DNA from: a virus
Lineage: Duplodnaviria; Caudoviricetes
Length of the DNA stretch: 64,000 nucleotides
Virus record (IMG/VR): IMGVR_UViG_3300032138_000680
Span: 30,675-94,674 of that record
Reading direction: 5' to 3' (one strand)
Position numbers and translations under genes: made by a program. This document shows, one piece after another, positions 31,001 to 41,500 of this stretch. The notes beneath the pieces were generated by a model. It was given only the letters and a program-made list of their open reading frames with translations. It searched no databases and had not been told where the DNA came from. Each line of letters opens with the position of its first letter. The first letter of the stretch is position 1.

Positions 31001-34000
31001 ACCACCTATTTGTAATATATCTTGAGTCAAATTAAATATAGATCCAGTTAATGCATTTAAATGTGGTGAACGTATTACTCCACCTTTAATTATAGAATCA
31101 GATGATCCTGAAATTATTTTTGTTGTAATAGTCCAACCACTTGCACCACCTATGTAACCTGTATTTGCGGTTACGGCTCCTGCCATTGTAACATTTCCTG
31201 ATGTATCAATAGTAAGATTATCAGTATTTAATTCTAATCCAGTCGCGTTAAATCTTAAATAGTTACCAGTTCCATCACTAAAATTAAATTTACCAGTTCC
31301 ATCCATATATGTACCAAGTGTAGTTGCTGTTGAACTTATTGGTCCACCATTAGCCCCCATTCTAATAGTTCCACCAGCTACAGAACTACTAATAACCATT
31401 GTTGGTGTTCCTAATCCAAATACTTCTGATTGAATATCAATGGTATTGGAGTACATTTTTATATAGTTACTTGCATCACCTCTAACTAAAAAGTCCCCAG
31501 TACCATCTACATAAAAACCTGTGTTAGTTCCAGTGACACCTGTATTTGGTGTAGCACCAAGTGATATCTTACCACTATTTACTCCACTATCCACTACCAT
31601 TGTTGATGTGGCTAAATCAAAGGTATCTGCTTTTATATCTAATTTATTCTGTGATTTTCTAATATAGTTAGTGGCGTTTGTATATGCAAGAAAATCACCA
31701 GTACCATCCATATAGACACCTTTAGCTGTACCACTACCAGTTGTATTTGGTGATGCTCCAAGTGATAGTTTACCACTATTGGTTGCAGAATCTATTACAA
31801 CTGTAGTTGCATCTAAATCAAAAGTATCTGACTTAATTGTAAAAGAACCAGCATCTACTCTAAAATAATTTGTAGCATTTCCATAAACATTTAATGCACC
31901 ACCGCCATCCATATAGATACCAACTGTATCTGCAGTTGGAGAACTTGGACCACCACTTCCACCTAATCTTATAACACCAGCACCACTATCTGCTGCACTA
32001 TCCATAATAATAGATGTAGCATCTAAATCAAAAGTAGTTGCTTTTATAGAAAAAGAACCACCATCTTGTCTAATATAATTGTCTGAATCAGATTGTAAAT
32101 TAAACTCGCCACTTCCACTTAAAAATATTCCATTACTACTCAAATTAGATAAAGATGAAGATGCCCCACCCAATGCTAATTGACCACCATCGTCTGTTGA
32201 TAAATCAAACTTATTTGTATCAATATTTAAATCATTAGTTCTAATTTCTAATCCACTATTAGTAAATTTAATATAATCTTTATTGGCCTCATTCTTACCT
32301 TTAATTAATACATCACCACTTCCACTTGCATAAATACCTTTATTAATCGTATTGGGATCAAGACTTGTTAATGAACCAACTGACATTATTCCACCATCCC
32401 CAGCATTTAATAGTATTTTACCATTTGCCAAAGACATTGAAGTTTGAGTAGAAGATATTTTTAAATCACCGCTACCTGCATTTAATTCAAATTTTTCAAG
32501 TTTAACTCGTAAATCATTTCCAAGATTACCACCACTTCCCGATAAATGAAGATAATTTGTACCATCACCCACTCTCCATTCCGCATCTGTATACCAATAA
32601 TTGTTATTATTTATACGAATCCCATCATGAGTTCCATAAATATTTCTACCTATCGAAATTTTAGCTCCTGTTTCTATTCCTCCCTGTAAAGTTGCTACGT
32701 GAAGTACACCATGAATAGATCCTGTCATTGCTTGTATAGTTCCTCGGAAGAAACCGTTATCAGTATAAAGACCAAATCCTGGTTCTTCATTTCCATACAA
32801 AAATGCACTACTTAATCCACTTAAATCACCCAATCGAGTTCTTAACTGAAAATCATAAACACCACTACCAGTTCTCTCAACAATATCCATATATGGTGTA
32901 GAAATATCATTTGGATTAGCATTCATTAAAATATAACCACTTGATATATCTTCACTCGGTGAATATACTCCAGTAGATACTATTACCTGACCTTCTTCAT
33001 AAGGCTGGGCAGTAGAAACTAATCCAGCTATAAATTCTTTATCTGTATCTATAACATGAACATTTACACCATTACTGTGTGCTGCGGCTGTAGTATCATG
33101 AAAATCTCTTACTACAATTAAACCACCACCAGTAGAATGAGATACAACTTTCATTCTTTCATCATCAATCTTTAATATAGATTGTGTCGTGTAACCAGTA
33201 CCAGTACTTAAAGTTATTGCAGTTACAGAATCATTAATACCACCACCAGCTAAAGTCCCAACAACTGATCCCGTAGTTGGTGATTCACCATAACCACGAC
33301 CAAGATATAATTCACCGGCAAGTCCATCAGGATCAATTGCAGAACCAGTAATATATGCATATGCCGAATCAGAAGAATATCTTTTAGAACCAGTAACATA
33401 CATATACTCAACAGTAAATCCTGTATCACTAACTCGTTTTGCCTTTAATATTTCACCAGCCCTAAATCCACTAACATTTGCACAACTCATTGTTACATCT
33501 GCTGCAGACATCGAAGGAATTCCAACTACTATACTACTACCACTTCTTAATGGCTGTAATGTAGTTGAGTTGGCTACCATCAATTGTCCACCAACAACAT
33601 TAACAGATTCTTTTTCAAAAACTGTAGTAGCTAATGTACCTCTGATTCTTGCATTTTCAAATTCTGCTGTACCATTTCCTAATGTATCAATTCTCCAACC
33701 CTTTAAGTTTGATGCAAATCCTGCAGACTCCATTCTTCCACTTGAATGTAATATTAAACCTTCTTCTCCCTCAGCAAATTGACCACCAAAACCGGAATCT
33801 GGAATAGTTCTAATTTGAGTTCCTGTAATTTCCCATCCACCAACTTTATTTCCTTGTTCTCCGAACATTGCAATAACACCAGGAAATCCATCATCACTAT
33901 AATTGGCAGTACCATCATATATTTTAAGACCATACTGATCACCAGCATCTTGACTTATCTCACCAAGTCTTACTATCTCAGCTGCACCACTTGCTGGTGA

Positions 34001-37000
34001 CTTAAATACTCTAACATTTTTATTTGTAGAACTAATATCAAGTGTATTAGTATCCAAATCAAATACTGGAGTTTTAATGGCGACACCACTACTATCAGCT
34101 CTAATATAATTGTTATCTCCAGTACCAACTGTAAAATCAATTTTAGCAACTGTATTGTCCGTTCCCATAATAAAACCGGCAGTAGTAGTTTGACCAAAAT
34201 CTGTTTTACCACCAAATGCGATATAATTATCATTATTCCCACCTTGAATTGTAACAACTTTATTTGAACCGCTTCCTACTCTGATATTAGAACTATTACC
34301 ATCAAGAATAATATTGCCCTCACCTAATGACATTGAAGCGTGTGTCGAAGATAATTCTATATTACTTGCATCTAATTCAAATTCTCGTGTTTCTATCTCT
34401 AAATCATCACCATCAAATTTTATATGACTTCTACTACCTACGGCTGTAAATAGTGGTGTCGAACCACCCGCAACTGCAAGTAATATTCCTGTTGCACCAT
34501 AAGCAACTGTTGTTTGACCAACACTAATATATGGACTATTACTATTACCCCTCATAATAATTTCTTGACCAGTTCCCAAAGACATGGAAGCATGTGTCGT
34601 AGATATTTCAACTGAAGGTGTATCTAATTCAAATAAAGTTGTCTTAATTGATACACCATTACTTGTATCGTATTTTATAAAGTTTTGAGAACCATCACCA
34701 GCGTAAAATCTTGGATTTCCGCTATTATAACCCATTTGTATACCTTCACTCGCGAAAGTATGAGTGTTTATGGATATTTCTGCATTATCTCCATTTGCAT
34801 TAAGTCTAATTCCAGCATCACCAGAACTTGCTATATTCGTTGAATTAATAGTCCATCCAGCAATTTTACCACCAGTAAATAATACTTGTGAACCTGTTAT
34901 ATCACCATCGGTAGTTAATGTAAAATTATCTGTTTTTATTGAAACACCAGTTCCAGCAACATATTTGAAATAATCATTTGCACCTTCACCAGCAAAGAAT
35001 GTTAATACATCACTACCATCATAACCTAATTGTATTCCAGATCCATTTCCTATAGTATGAGTACCTATTGTTATTTTTGGATTGGTTGAAGTAAATCTTA
35101 AAGTATTACCAGGAGATGCTATTCTTGTAGGAGTTAAATCCCATCCTGATATTGATTGAGTAGATTCACCAATATACATAACATTAGAATAATCACTATT
35201 TGAATTCTTTTGTATTACTTGTAAACCATAATCATTATTTGCATGTAGATCAGTAGTATCACTTAATCCACCAACTCTAACTATCTTTACCTCTCCATCT
35301 TCTACATCTTCATCCTTTCTATATACGGTTAAACCTTGTCCAATATTCTTATCATTATCATTGGTAGATGATAAATAAACTCTCGTATAATCTTGATATG
35401 CAACTGAACCACTTAGGGCTTTCGAAATATAGTCATCATTAATTGTCCAACCTGCAATTGTACCGCCAGTAAATAATACATCTGAACCTGTTATATTACC
35501 ACCTGCAGAAACTTTAAATCTACTTGATGATATAAATGATGCTGGATCTGATGTATCTGCGGAAGCAGATATTCTCCAATATGGTGAATATGCCAATGAG
35601 GCAGTTTCTATTTGTGCTCCACCTATCATACCTGCAGATGCAGTAATAGTACCGACAAATTTTGCACCACTTGCAAATAATATACCTTGATGATCTACTG
35701 AAAAATTAGGACCAAAATGAACATAATAACCAGCAGAATCGGTACTTCCACTTGGACTAAAATCTATATAATATTCATCTGCTAATGGTTCAAATCCAGT
35801 TGGATAAGATCCATCACTTCTTGGACCTTTATCTGACATATACAATGAAGAACCTTGGGCGTCAAGAGTAATATTAGAACCACTTAATAGAGAACGACCA
35901 TCATCACCTGTGTATAATTTCCAACCTGCCACTTCCATAGAACTATTTTTAGTATCTAAATGAAATCCAGAAGATGATATTTCTATATTTGCACCTGCCC
36001 CACTTATAAATTGTTGATTTGGATTACCAACAAAAAATGCATCCGCTCGAATATCAAGTTCACTTGGAACAGTTCTATATCTCATATAACTTGTAGAGCT
36101 ACCAAACAATTCTAATCCAACTCCGTTATATTCATCTGTTCTATCAGTTAAAACAGAACCACTCCACATCATAAATCCAGGTCCCCCAGTTCCTGCTGAT
36201 GCACTTGCAAATCCTGAATATCCTATTGAACGAATAAATCCAGAACCTACACCTGCCATTTCAATACCACTACCAATGGCATTTCCAATAAACATAGAAC
36301 CACTAAGTAAATTATCAGTACCAGCTATGTATTGATTTGCACCTTGAAATGAAGATGCACTTACATGGGCTATAGTTCCAGCCACATTATTATTTACATC
36401 ATAGAATTCTGCTAAAAATTCATAATCGTCAGGTCGTTCTTGTGAAAGTGGCGGAACTGGTGCAACAACTCTAATCCAATCAGGAGAAAATCCCGTGTCG
36501 GAAACTGGTCGTATAGAAATATCTGAAATATACCAACTACCTGCTGGTACTCCAAACTGTAAAAATCCGTTTCCATCTCTTAGTGGTTGAAATACTTCCT
36601 CGACTATTCCAAAATCCATTAAATTTCCACTCGAATCGTTTACTAAGTATCCTGGACTATTATCTCCTGGTGGAGCAAGTTGATATCCAAAGTTGGAATC
36701 AGTTTTTGCCAGGTAAGTTTGATAACTATCATTTCTTTCAAATGCTGAACCACTAAAAAATATTCCAAGTTCTGCGGTATTTTTAGTTGACCCTCCAGTT
36801 ACAATCTGAGGTCCATTTCTTCCAATTATTTTTGCTCTAAATGAATACTCAATATCTTTATAAAAATCTATCGGCCTTGAACCAGTAGTTTGAAATCTTA
36901 ATATAGAATTTTCTGAAGTATTAGAACCAGATATGTATACTGAATCAAGAATATGAGTAGAATTTTTAGTTGCTGTAGTATTACTACTTTTTTCCCAATA

Positions 37001-38245
37001 GTCATCTATAACGTTTTGATCAACAAAATATCCTAATCTCTGTGAACCAGCTGAACCAAATGTATCAAATAATAATTCTGGACTTTCTATTGGTGTATCA
37101 GCTATAAGTTCAAAATCACCAAAAGCATCTTTGTTTTTTGAATATAACTTTACTCTGTGTATATCCCCTGAAAAGGTTCTTAACTTAGATATTCTAACAT
37201 CTGCAAATGAACGATAATTAACTGTACTTACTGAATGAGTAGGTGCAGGTTGAAATGACATTGTATATGCAGTTTCCGCAAGTGGAACAATTACTTCCTG
37301 TCTTGGATCATCATCATCAAATCGTGTATCTTTTATAAAAAATTCTTTAGTGGGAATTAAAGTTGAATCATTTTTAACATCTTTAATGGTAGTTTCAAAT
37401 GTTTCAGGAAATTCATGGTATGATTCTGTCACAAATGTTGATTTTGGCTTTGGATTATTTACTGTAAAAGTTGCTCCAACGTGTTTCACTTCTGCATCAG
37501 AACCTTCCATATTTATAGTAAATCTTTCTACTTCTGGAGAAGCTTTTCTTACTACTCCGCCTCTGGTACTAACTCCTGCATTTTTACCACCACCACCATA
37601 TACTTTAGATTTATATCCTTTTTGTGTAACTGCAATTTCTTTATCGGGTGCTGGATCTTTATGTTCTGGTTGAGTACCTTCTGTTCCTGGTAACGGATCT
37701 CCTGATACTGTTCCTGTACTTTGAGTTATAGAAGCAGAAGGATAGGTAGTTTCAACAAAACCCTTTACAATTTCTCCAACCCACATTGATGGTTGTTTAT
37801 AAAAGAAAATTGGTTGTGTATTTACACCTGCTCCACTTATATATATTTTAGAATACCAACGAACATTATAAACATCCAACCATTCTGTAGGAACTTGTAC
37901 TTCATTCGGGTCTAATTCACCGAGACAATATAAAGTGGCATCTCCAAATGTATCTGGATCATCATATACTTCAATAGAAACTCTATGAGAAGTTCCTTCA
38001 AGATAATTTGGAACTGGTTCTGTATAAATTACTTTACCAGACGCATCATTAATTATTTCAAATTTTAACTCTACATTAGCCTTTAATAAATTAGAACCAC
38101 CTGCTAAAAAAGAACTGCGACCTTGAGTAATAACATCTGGAACTTCAACAATATTAAAATATTGTGAAATTGGCGCATCATCTTCAATAAAGACATCTAA
38201 ATCCTTTAATCCTTGATATCTGTTATAACGTCTTAATATTGACAT
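28034..38245 (-). CDS. Giant tail fibre protein with collagen-like GT(S/A) tract and C-terminal intramolecular chaperone (peptidase S74)
   Basis: 3403 aa Gly/Ser/Thr rich, IAGW/IGGW beta repeats, SSDERLKNNI...GLIAQDVQ..P..V...coiled coil. Confidence 0.88.
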   Translation of the reverse strand: MSILRRYNRYQGLKDLDVFIEDDAPISQYFNIVEVPDVITQGRSSFLAGGSNLLKANVELKFEIINDASGKVIYTEPVPNYLEGTSHRVSIEVYDDPDTFGDATLYCLGELDPNEVQVPTEWLDVYNVRWYSKIYISGAGVNTQPIFFYKQPSMWVGEIVKGFVETTYPSASITQSTGTVSGDPLPGTEGTQPEHKDPAPDKEIAVTQKGYKSKVYGGGGKNAGVSTRGGVVRKASPEVERFTINMEGSDAEVKHVGATFTVNNPKPKSTFVTESYHEFPETFETTIKDVKNDSTLIPTKEFFIKDTRFDDDDPRQEVIVPLAETAYTMSFQPAPTHSVSTVNYRSFADVRISKLRTFSGDIHRVKLYSKNKDAFGDFELIADTPIESPELLFDTFGSAGSQRLGYFVDQNVIDDYWEKSSNTTATKNSTHILDSVYISGSNTSENSILRFQTTGSRPIDFYKDIEYSFRAKIIGRNGPQIVTGGSTKNTAELGIFFSGSAFERNDSYQTYLAKTDSNFGYQLAPPGDNSPGYLVNDSSGNLMDFGIVEEVFQPLRDGNGFLQFGVPAGSWYISDISIRPVSDTGFSPDWIRVVAPVPPLSQERPDDYEFLAEFYDVNNNVAGTIAHVSASSFQGANQYIAGTDNLLSGSMFIGNAIGSGIEMAGVGSGFIRSIGYSGFASASAGTGGPGFMMWSGSVLTDRTDEYNGVGLELFGSSTSYMRYRTVPSELDIRADAFFVGNPNQQFISGAGANIEISSSGFHLDTKNSSMEVAGWKLYTGDDGRSLLSGSNITLDAQGSSLYMSDKGPRSDGSYPTGFEPLADEYYIDFSPSGSTDSAGYYVHFGPNFSVDHQGILFASGAKFVGTITASAGMIGGAQIETASLAYSPYWRISASADTSDPASFISSSRFKVSAGGNITGSDVLFTGGTIAGWTINDDYISKALSGSVAYQDYTRVYLSSTNDNDKNIGQGLTVYRKDEDVEDGEVKIVRVGGLSDTTDLHANNDYGLQVIQKNSNSDYSNVMYIGESTQSISGWDLTPTRIASPGNTLRFTSTNPKITIGTHTIGNGSGIQLGYDGSDVLTFFAGEGANDYFKYVAGTGVSIKTDNFTLTTDGDITGSQVLFTGGKIAGWTINSTNIASSGDAGIRLNANGDNAEISINTHTFASEGIQMGYNSGNPRFYAGDGSQNFIKYDTSNGVSIKTTLFELDTPSVEISTTHASMSLGTGQEIIMRGNSNSPYISVGQTTVAYGATGILLAVAGGSTPLFTAVGSRSHIKFDGDDLEIETREFELDASNIELSSTHASMSLGEGNIILDGNSSNIRVGSGSNKVVTIQGGNNDNYIAFGGKTDFGQTTTAGFIMGTDNTVAKIDFTVGTGDNNYIRADSSGVAIKTPVFDLDTNTLDISSTNKNVRVFKSPASGAAEIVRLGEISQDAGDQYGLKIYDGTANYSDDGFPGVIAMFGEQGNKVGGWEITGTQIRTIPDSGFGGQFAEGEEGLILHSSGRMESAGFASNLKGWRIDTLGNGTAEFENARIRGTLATTVFEKESVNVVGGQLMVANSTTLQPLRSGSSIVVGIPSMSAADVTMSCANVSGFRAGEILKAKRVSDTGFTVEYMYVTGSKRYSSDSAYAYITGSAIDPDGLAGELYLGRGYGESPTTGSVVGTLAGGGINDSVTAITLSTGTGYTTQSILKIDDERMKVVSHSTGGGLIVVRDFHDTTAAAHSNGVNVHVIDTDKEFIAGLVSTAQPYEEGQVIVSTGVYSPSEDISSGYILMNANPNDISTPYMDIVERTGSGVYDFQLRTRLGDLSGLSSAFLYGNEEPGFGLYTDNGFFRGTIQAMTGSIHGVLHVATLQGGIETGAKISIGRNIYGTHDGIRINNNNYWYTDAEWRVGDGTNYLHLSGSGGNLGNDLRVKLEKFELNAGSGDLKISSTQTSMSLANGKILLNAGDGGIMSVGSLTSLDPNTINKGIYASGSGDVLIKGKNEANKDYIKFTNSGLEIRTNDLNIDTNKFDLSTDDGGQLALGGASSSLSNLSSNGIFLSGSGEFNLQSDSDNYIRQDGGSFSIKATTFDLDATSIIMDSAADSGAGVIRLGGSGGPSSPTADTVGIYMDGGGALNVYGNATNYFRVDAGSFTIKSDTFDLDATTVVIDSATNSGKLSLGASPNTTGSGTAKGVYMDGTGDFLAYTNATNYIRKSQNKLDIKADTFDLATSTMVVDSGVNSGKISLGATPNTGVTGTNTGFYVDGTGDFLVRGDASNYIKMYSNTIDIQSEVFGLGTPTMVISSSVAGGTIRMGANGGPISSTATTLGTYMDGTGKFNFSDGTGNYLRFNATGLELNTDNLTIDTSGNVTMAGAVTANTGYIGGASGWTITTKIISGSSDSIIKGGVIRSPHLNALTGSIFNLTQDILQIGGSGSSMITNNDYGAGTTNLPNIYGSGSFLAGDGRWKVGSNSSYIAFDPTYGTKGRVIIVGGLRQTSTGAPQLDLTPTGSWDEKPVGFTFEENFLITRYGSSWRVKTENDKDDDPDNGPPNTGSGNSTWELYAAAGTSGTSGTSGTAGTSGTSGTAGTSGTSGTAGTSGTAGTSGTAGTSGTSGTAGTSGTAGTSGTSGTAGTSGTSGTAGTSGTAGTSGTAGTSGTSGTAGTSGTSGTAGTSGTSGTAGTSGTAGTSGTAGTSGTSGTAGTSGTAGTSGTAGTSGTSGTAGTSGTAGTSGTSGTAGTSGTSGTAGTSGTAGTSGTAGTSGTSGTAGTSGTSGTAGTSGTAGTSGTAGTSGTSGTAGTSGTSGTAGTSGTSGTAGTSGTSGTAGTSGTSGATGASGPGIVYRGVFADDSTYDNTTFYYIDGVRRDAIKVSSTYYLLTTLTGASGAAGSTLGSPPSGWEEFGTQFDSVATDLLLANEATVGQILTIGTDDGGNTGTLRSANASNASSGTGFFLAADGSGWIGDRTDDDYIGITSGGSITLGGWNVQGDRLYGSGASARIHAGGTPGIQVNAGAPEIRFIETTNFPSGTGYEFLKLHDSGSFLTDSNISSQYTDNLDSDSVSFGVTTPGTLGTISPINNSATWTGNIVGYMRSSNTSAAPSTTAHGYDLGHDNASFLGNLTQHQLQLVGDKTIGNVNGGTLYFKFQAYYWDDRTDTYVPIGSEVYDTIDPGLCTGNEPFPVEDIIDLRRIFPGRYAYVKYTFYKFVASSSGNATNSTLQINLMNNATNTFTAYKNKTFLSSRGIQSVSSRYMNTMIGGATSIFHGSDIRIERTALNTGGVLTVEGEIAVGDVVPTTAYDIYAEGDIASDANVIAYASSDERLKNNILPLGSGLEIINKLEPVEFDWKPDAPGWGTKITHDFGLIAQDVQKIVPGLVGEMSEGWLGLRYEKIIPFLISAVKEQQEQIEELKQEVKEIKNGSSK
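29810..30601 (-). repeat. 9-bp coding tandem repeat: 88 Gly-Thr-(Ser/Ala) triplets
   Basis: 792 nt of degenerate GGN ACN AGT/TCN/GCN units in frame in the fibre gene. Confidence 0.95.
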
Positions 38246-38273
38246 TGATTCTCCCGAATAGATTTATTCATTA

Positions 38274-38307
38274 ATAAATATCATATTCGAAAATTCTTAC
38301 TATTTAT
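38274..38307. promoter_or_regulatory. Back-to-back TATTTAT boxes (putative phage promoters) for fibre gene (-) and RHH gene (+)
   Basis: ATAAATA 38274-38280 and TATTTAT 38301-38307, each about 30 nt upstream of a start codon on its sense strand. Confidence 0.6.
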
Positions 38308-38336
38308 AGTATGTATAAAGTAAGGATAATATCGGT

Positions 38337-38507
38337 ATGAAGAAGAAATATTCGTTCACAATAGAAGATAGACTGATGGATTGGTTTAGGCTCTATGTTA
38401 GGGAAGAGAGCACAACTATGAGTGCTATACTTAATCAACATATTTTAAGTTTGAAAAGAGAACGGGAAGGACGTCCCGCTCCAAAGAATGTGTTATATTC
38501 TAATTAA
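38337..38507 (+). CDS. Ribbon-helix-helix (CopG/Arc-like) DNA-binding protein, 56 aa; absent from ORF track
   Basis: MKKKYSFTIEDRLMDWFRLYVREESTTMSAILNQHILSLKRE...; AAGGA RBS and TATTTAT box upstream. Confidence 0.75.
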   Translation: MKKKYSFTIEDRLMDWFRLYVREESTTMSAILNQHILSLKREREGRPAPKNVLYSN

Positions 38508-41500
38508 ATTTAGAAGGTAAAGTAATATTACTAAAACCACCAGTCTTGGTAATTTCAAGTAAAGAATCCACTGTATCTCTCATAGATTCAATATGAGATA
38601 CAATAAATGCGAATTGGAATTGAGATTTAAGATATTGAAATAACATATAAACAGAATTAAGGTTATCTGAATCCATATTACCAAATCCCTCATCAATAGC
38701 TAAGAAATTAGCACGTGGTAAATTACAGACATTGATTAAACCAACTCTCATTGCAAGAGAAGATATAAATCGTTCCATTCCACTACTCAATTCAAGAGGC
38801 CAGACATTATCTTCATCGTAAGCAAGATAAGTATTGATGTTCTTACCATCCATTTCTAATACGATACCAAAATCTACCATTTGTGCAAGAATATCATTTA
38901 CTTCTCCCTCAATAGTAGGAAGTGCTTTTTCTATAAGTTCATATGGTACACCATCTCGTTTAACGGCATCCATATAATATTCATACGCTTCATATTTAGT
39001 TTCTAAATCTTCTACTTTATTCATAGTTTCCATAATAGTTTTCTTCTTAGTTCTATTAATTTGTATTTCACCATGAATAACTTGTATCTTATTATCTATC
39101 GTTTCAACTTGGTAATCTAAATCATCTACAGAATTTTTAAGATTATCAATTTCTTCTTCTACTTGTTTATTATAAACAATATCATTTTTACTTTCGTGAT
39201 ATTTTTCTATTCTTTCTTCTGTAAGTGTAATCTGATGAAGGGTATTTTTCTTTCTTTCTTTTAATAAAACTTCTTCTGATTCTAATTTATTATGATTTAT
39301 ATCAATATTTTTTAATGCTTCCATTGACCTATCATAATCAACTTTATTGTCACGAGTACTTCCCATATCTTCAATTTGTAAATCAAGATAATCTAAATTA
39401 GAAACGTATTCACCTGCCATCTTTTTATCTTCATCTAACTTCTCATTAGTTGCAATTGCATCTAATGTAAATGGGTTACTCATACAAAATTCACAATCCT
39501 CATCCCATTCTAAAATACCAAGTTTTTCTATTTTATCTAATTTATTACGAACATCAATTTTAAGTTTATCTATTTCAATTCTTAATTCTTTTTTGTCATC
39601 TTCTAAAGTTATTAAATCAAGATATTTTTTATTAATATCTTTATCAACATAATCTTTAATTCGATGTTTTAATTCAACAATTTTAGATTTATTTTCTTCT
39701 TGAGTTGTACCTACTGAACCCAATCGTATATCCATAGATTCAAGTAAATCTTCATAATCTATTTTATCTTTACTTAATTTTTCAATATCAAGAATAGATT
39801 CATCTACTGGTCGTAACTTTTTAGTTAAATTAAGTACTTGATTTGTAAACTCTCTCTTTTTTGTTGTTAATGTTTTCTTTTGACTTCTTAAATCTTTCTG
39901 AACTAATTTATATTGAGTATCACTTTTTTCTATGTCCGCCAAGTCCACATCATAATCTGTTTTTCTGAAATCTTTTAAAATGGCGGATATATCAGATATT
40001 TCTTCGTGTGCTAATGTATAAAGTTGGTCAAAGATTCCCATTCCCATAAACTGAGCCAACAAGTCTTTTCTTTCTTTTTGTGTCTTGTCTATGAATACGG
40101 TGGAATTGTTTTGTAGTGATAATGCTGTTAAGACAAAATCATCATAAGAACCAATTACTCTACGAATATTTGCATTTGTAGTTCTTCGTTGGTCACCATT
40201 CAAGGAAACTCTGTCAGCACTATCATCAATCATCCAAAAATCTACATCTACCTTTACTTTGCCATTTTTTAATCTCTTACCTTTTCTCTCAATATAATAT
40301 TCAGTTTCGTTTATCTCAAAACCTACCTTACAATGAAAAGAACCCTTCTTATTATTCAGTATTCTTTCCGCCTTAAAAGTTCTAGCTGATGTATCAAATA
40401 AAGCGAATGAAAGAGAATCTAATAATGCTGACTTTCCACTTGCATTCGGTGCAAATAATCCAATTATTCCATTCAGTTGTGTGAAATCTACTACATTATC
40501 TTCACCATAAGAAAACATATTTGACCATTCAAACTTCTTTAATTTCCAAAATACATTCCGAGAGATTTCTTCTACTGGTAATTGATTATTTAATTCTTCA
40601 TTTACATCTTTTATCTTTAATAAAATCTCATCTTCTACAAGACTATGATTTCGTTTTAAATAATCTTCTATTAAATCATACTGATAATCTGGATTAGTCA
40701 TATCTCCAACGTCTACCAACTGACCATCACGGACTCTCTCTGTCAATCTGTCCGTTCTATTTACTACTATCTCCTTGATACCGTATGTTGTCTGTATTTT
40801 GGTCAAGGCTCTCTTTAGCTGTACTGAGTCGGTATTGGATACCCTTACTCTTAACCTGGCTTTTTGTGGCATATCATCCACATCTGGAACTACACCATTA
40901 TCAACATCTAATGTATAATACCCAAAATCATTATGAACTGGAATATATGTAGATTTTCTTTTTGGAACATCCCATAGTAAATATCCGTGATCTAACCCTT
41001 CACCATGATTTTGTTGAACTAATGAACCACAATAAGAAATGGTTTCTTTCTTATTTAAATGTTGTCGTTTGTGAATATCACCCAATAATCCTAAATCATA
41101 ACCTCTAAACTTAGAAATCTTTACTTTTGATGGTAATCGAAATCCTAAATCAGTTTTTGATTGGTCAACCGTACCATGATATAATACAATCTTCGTCTTA
41201 CCTTCTACATCTTTTGCTAATGGGTAATCCTTTTGATTATCCCAAACATCCCATACTACAAACTGTACATCTGCACACTTATACACACCTGTATTTTTCA
41301 AATAATGTAAATTAGGGTGATTAAGATTTTCTACAATTGGTGTTAAACAATCTAAACGACTTAAATTGTTTAAATTACAATCGTGATTTCCTGCAATAAT
41401 AATTGTAGGACATATATCAGATAAGTTTTTGAATAACCTCGACAATTGGTCAATCAACTCAGGTGACATTTCGGTTTTAGAATGAGCAATATCACCACCA

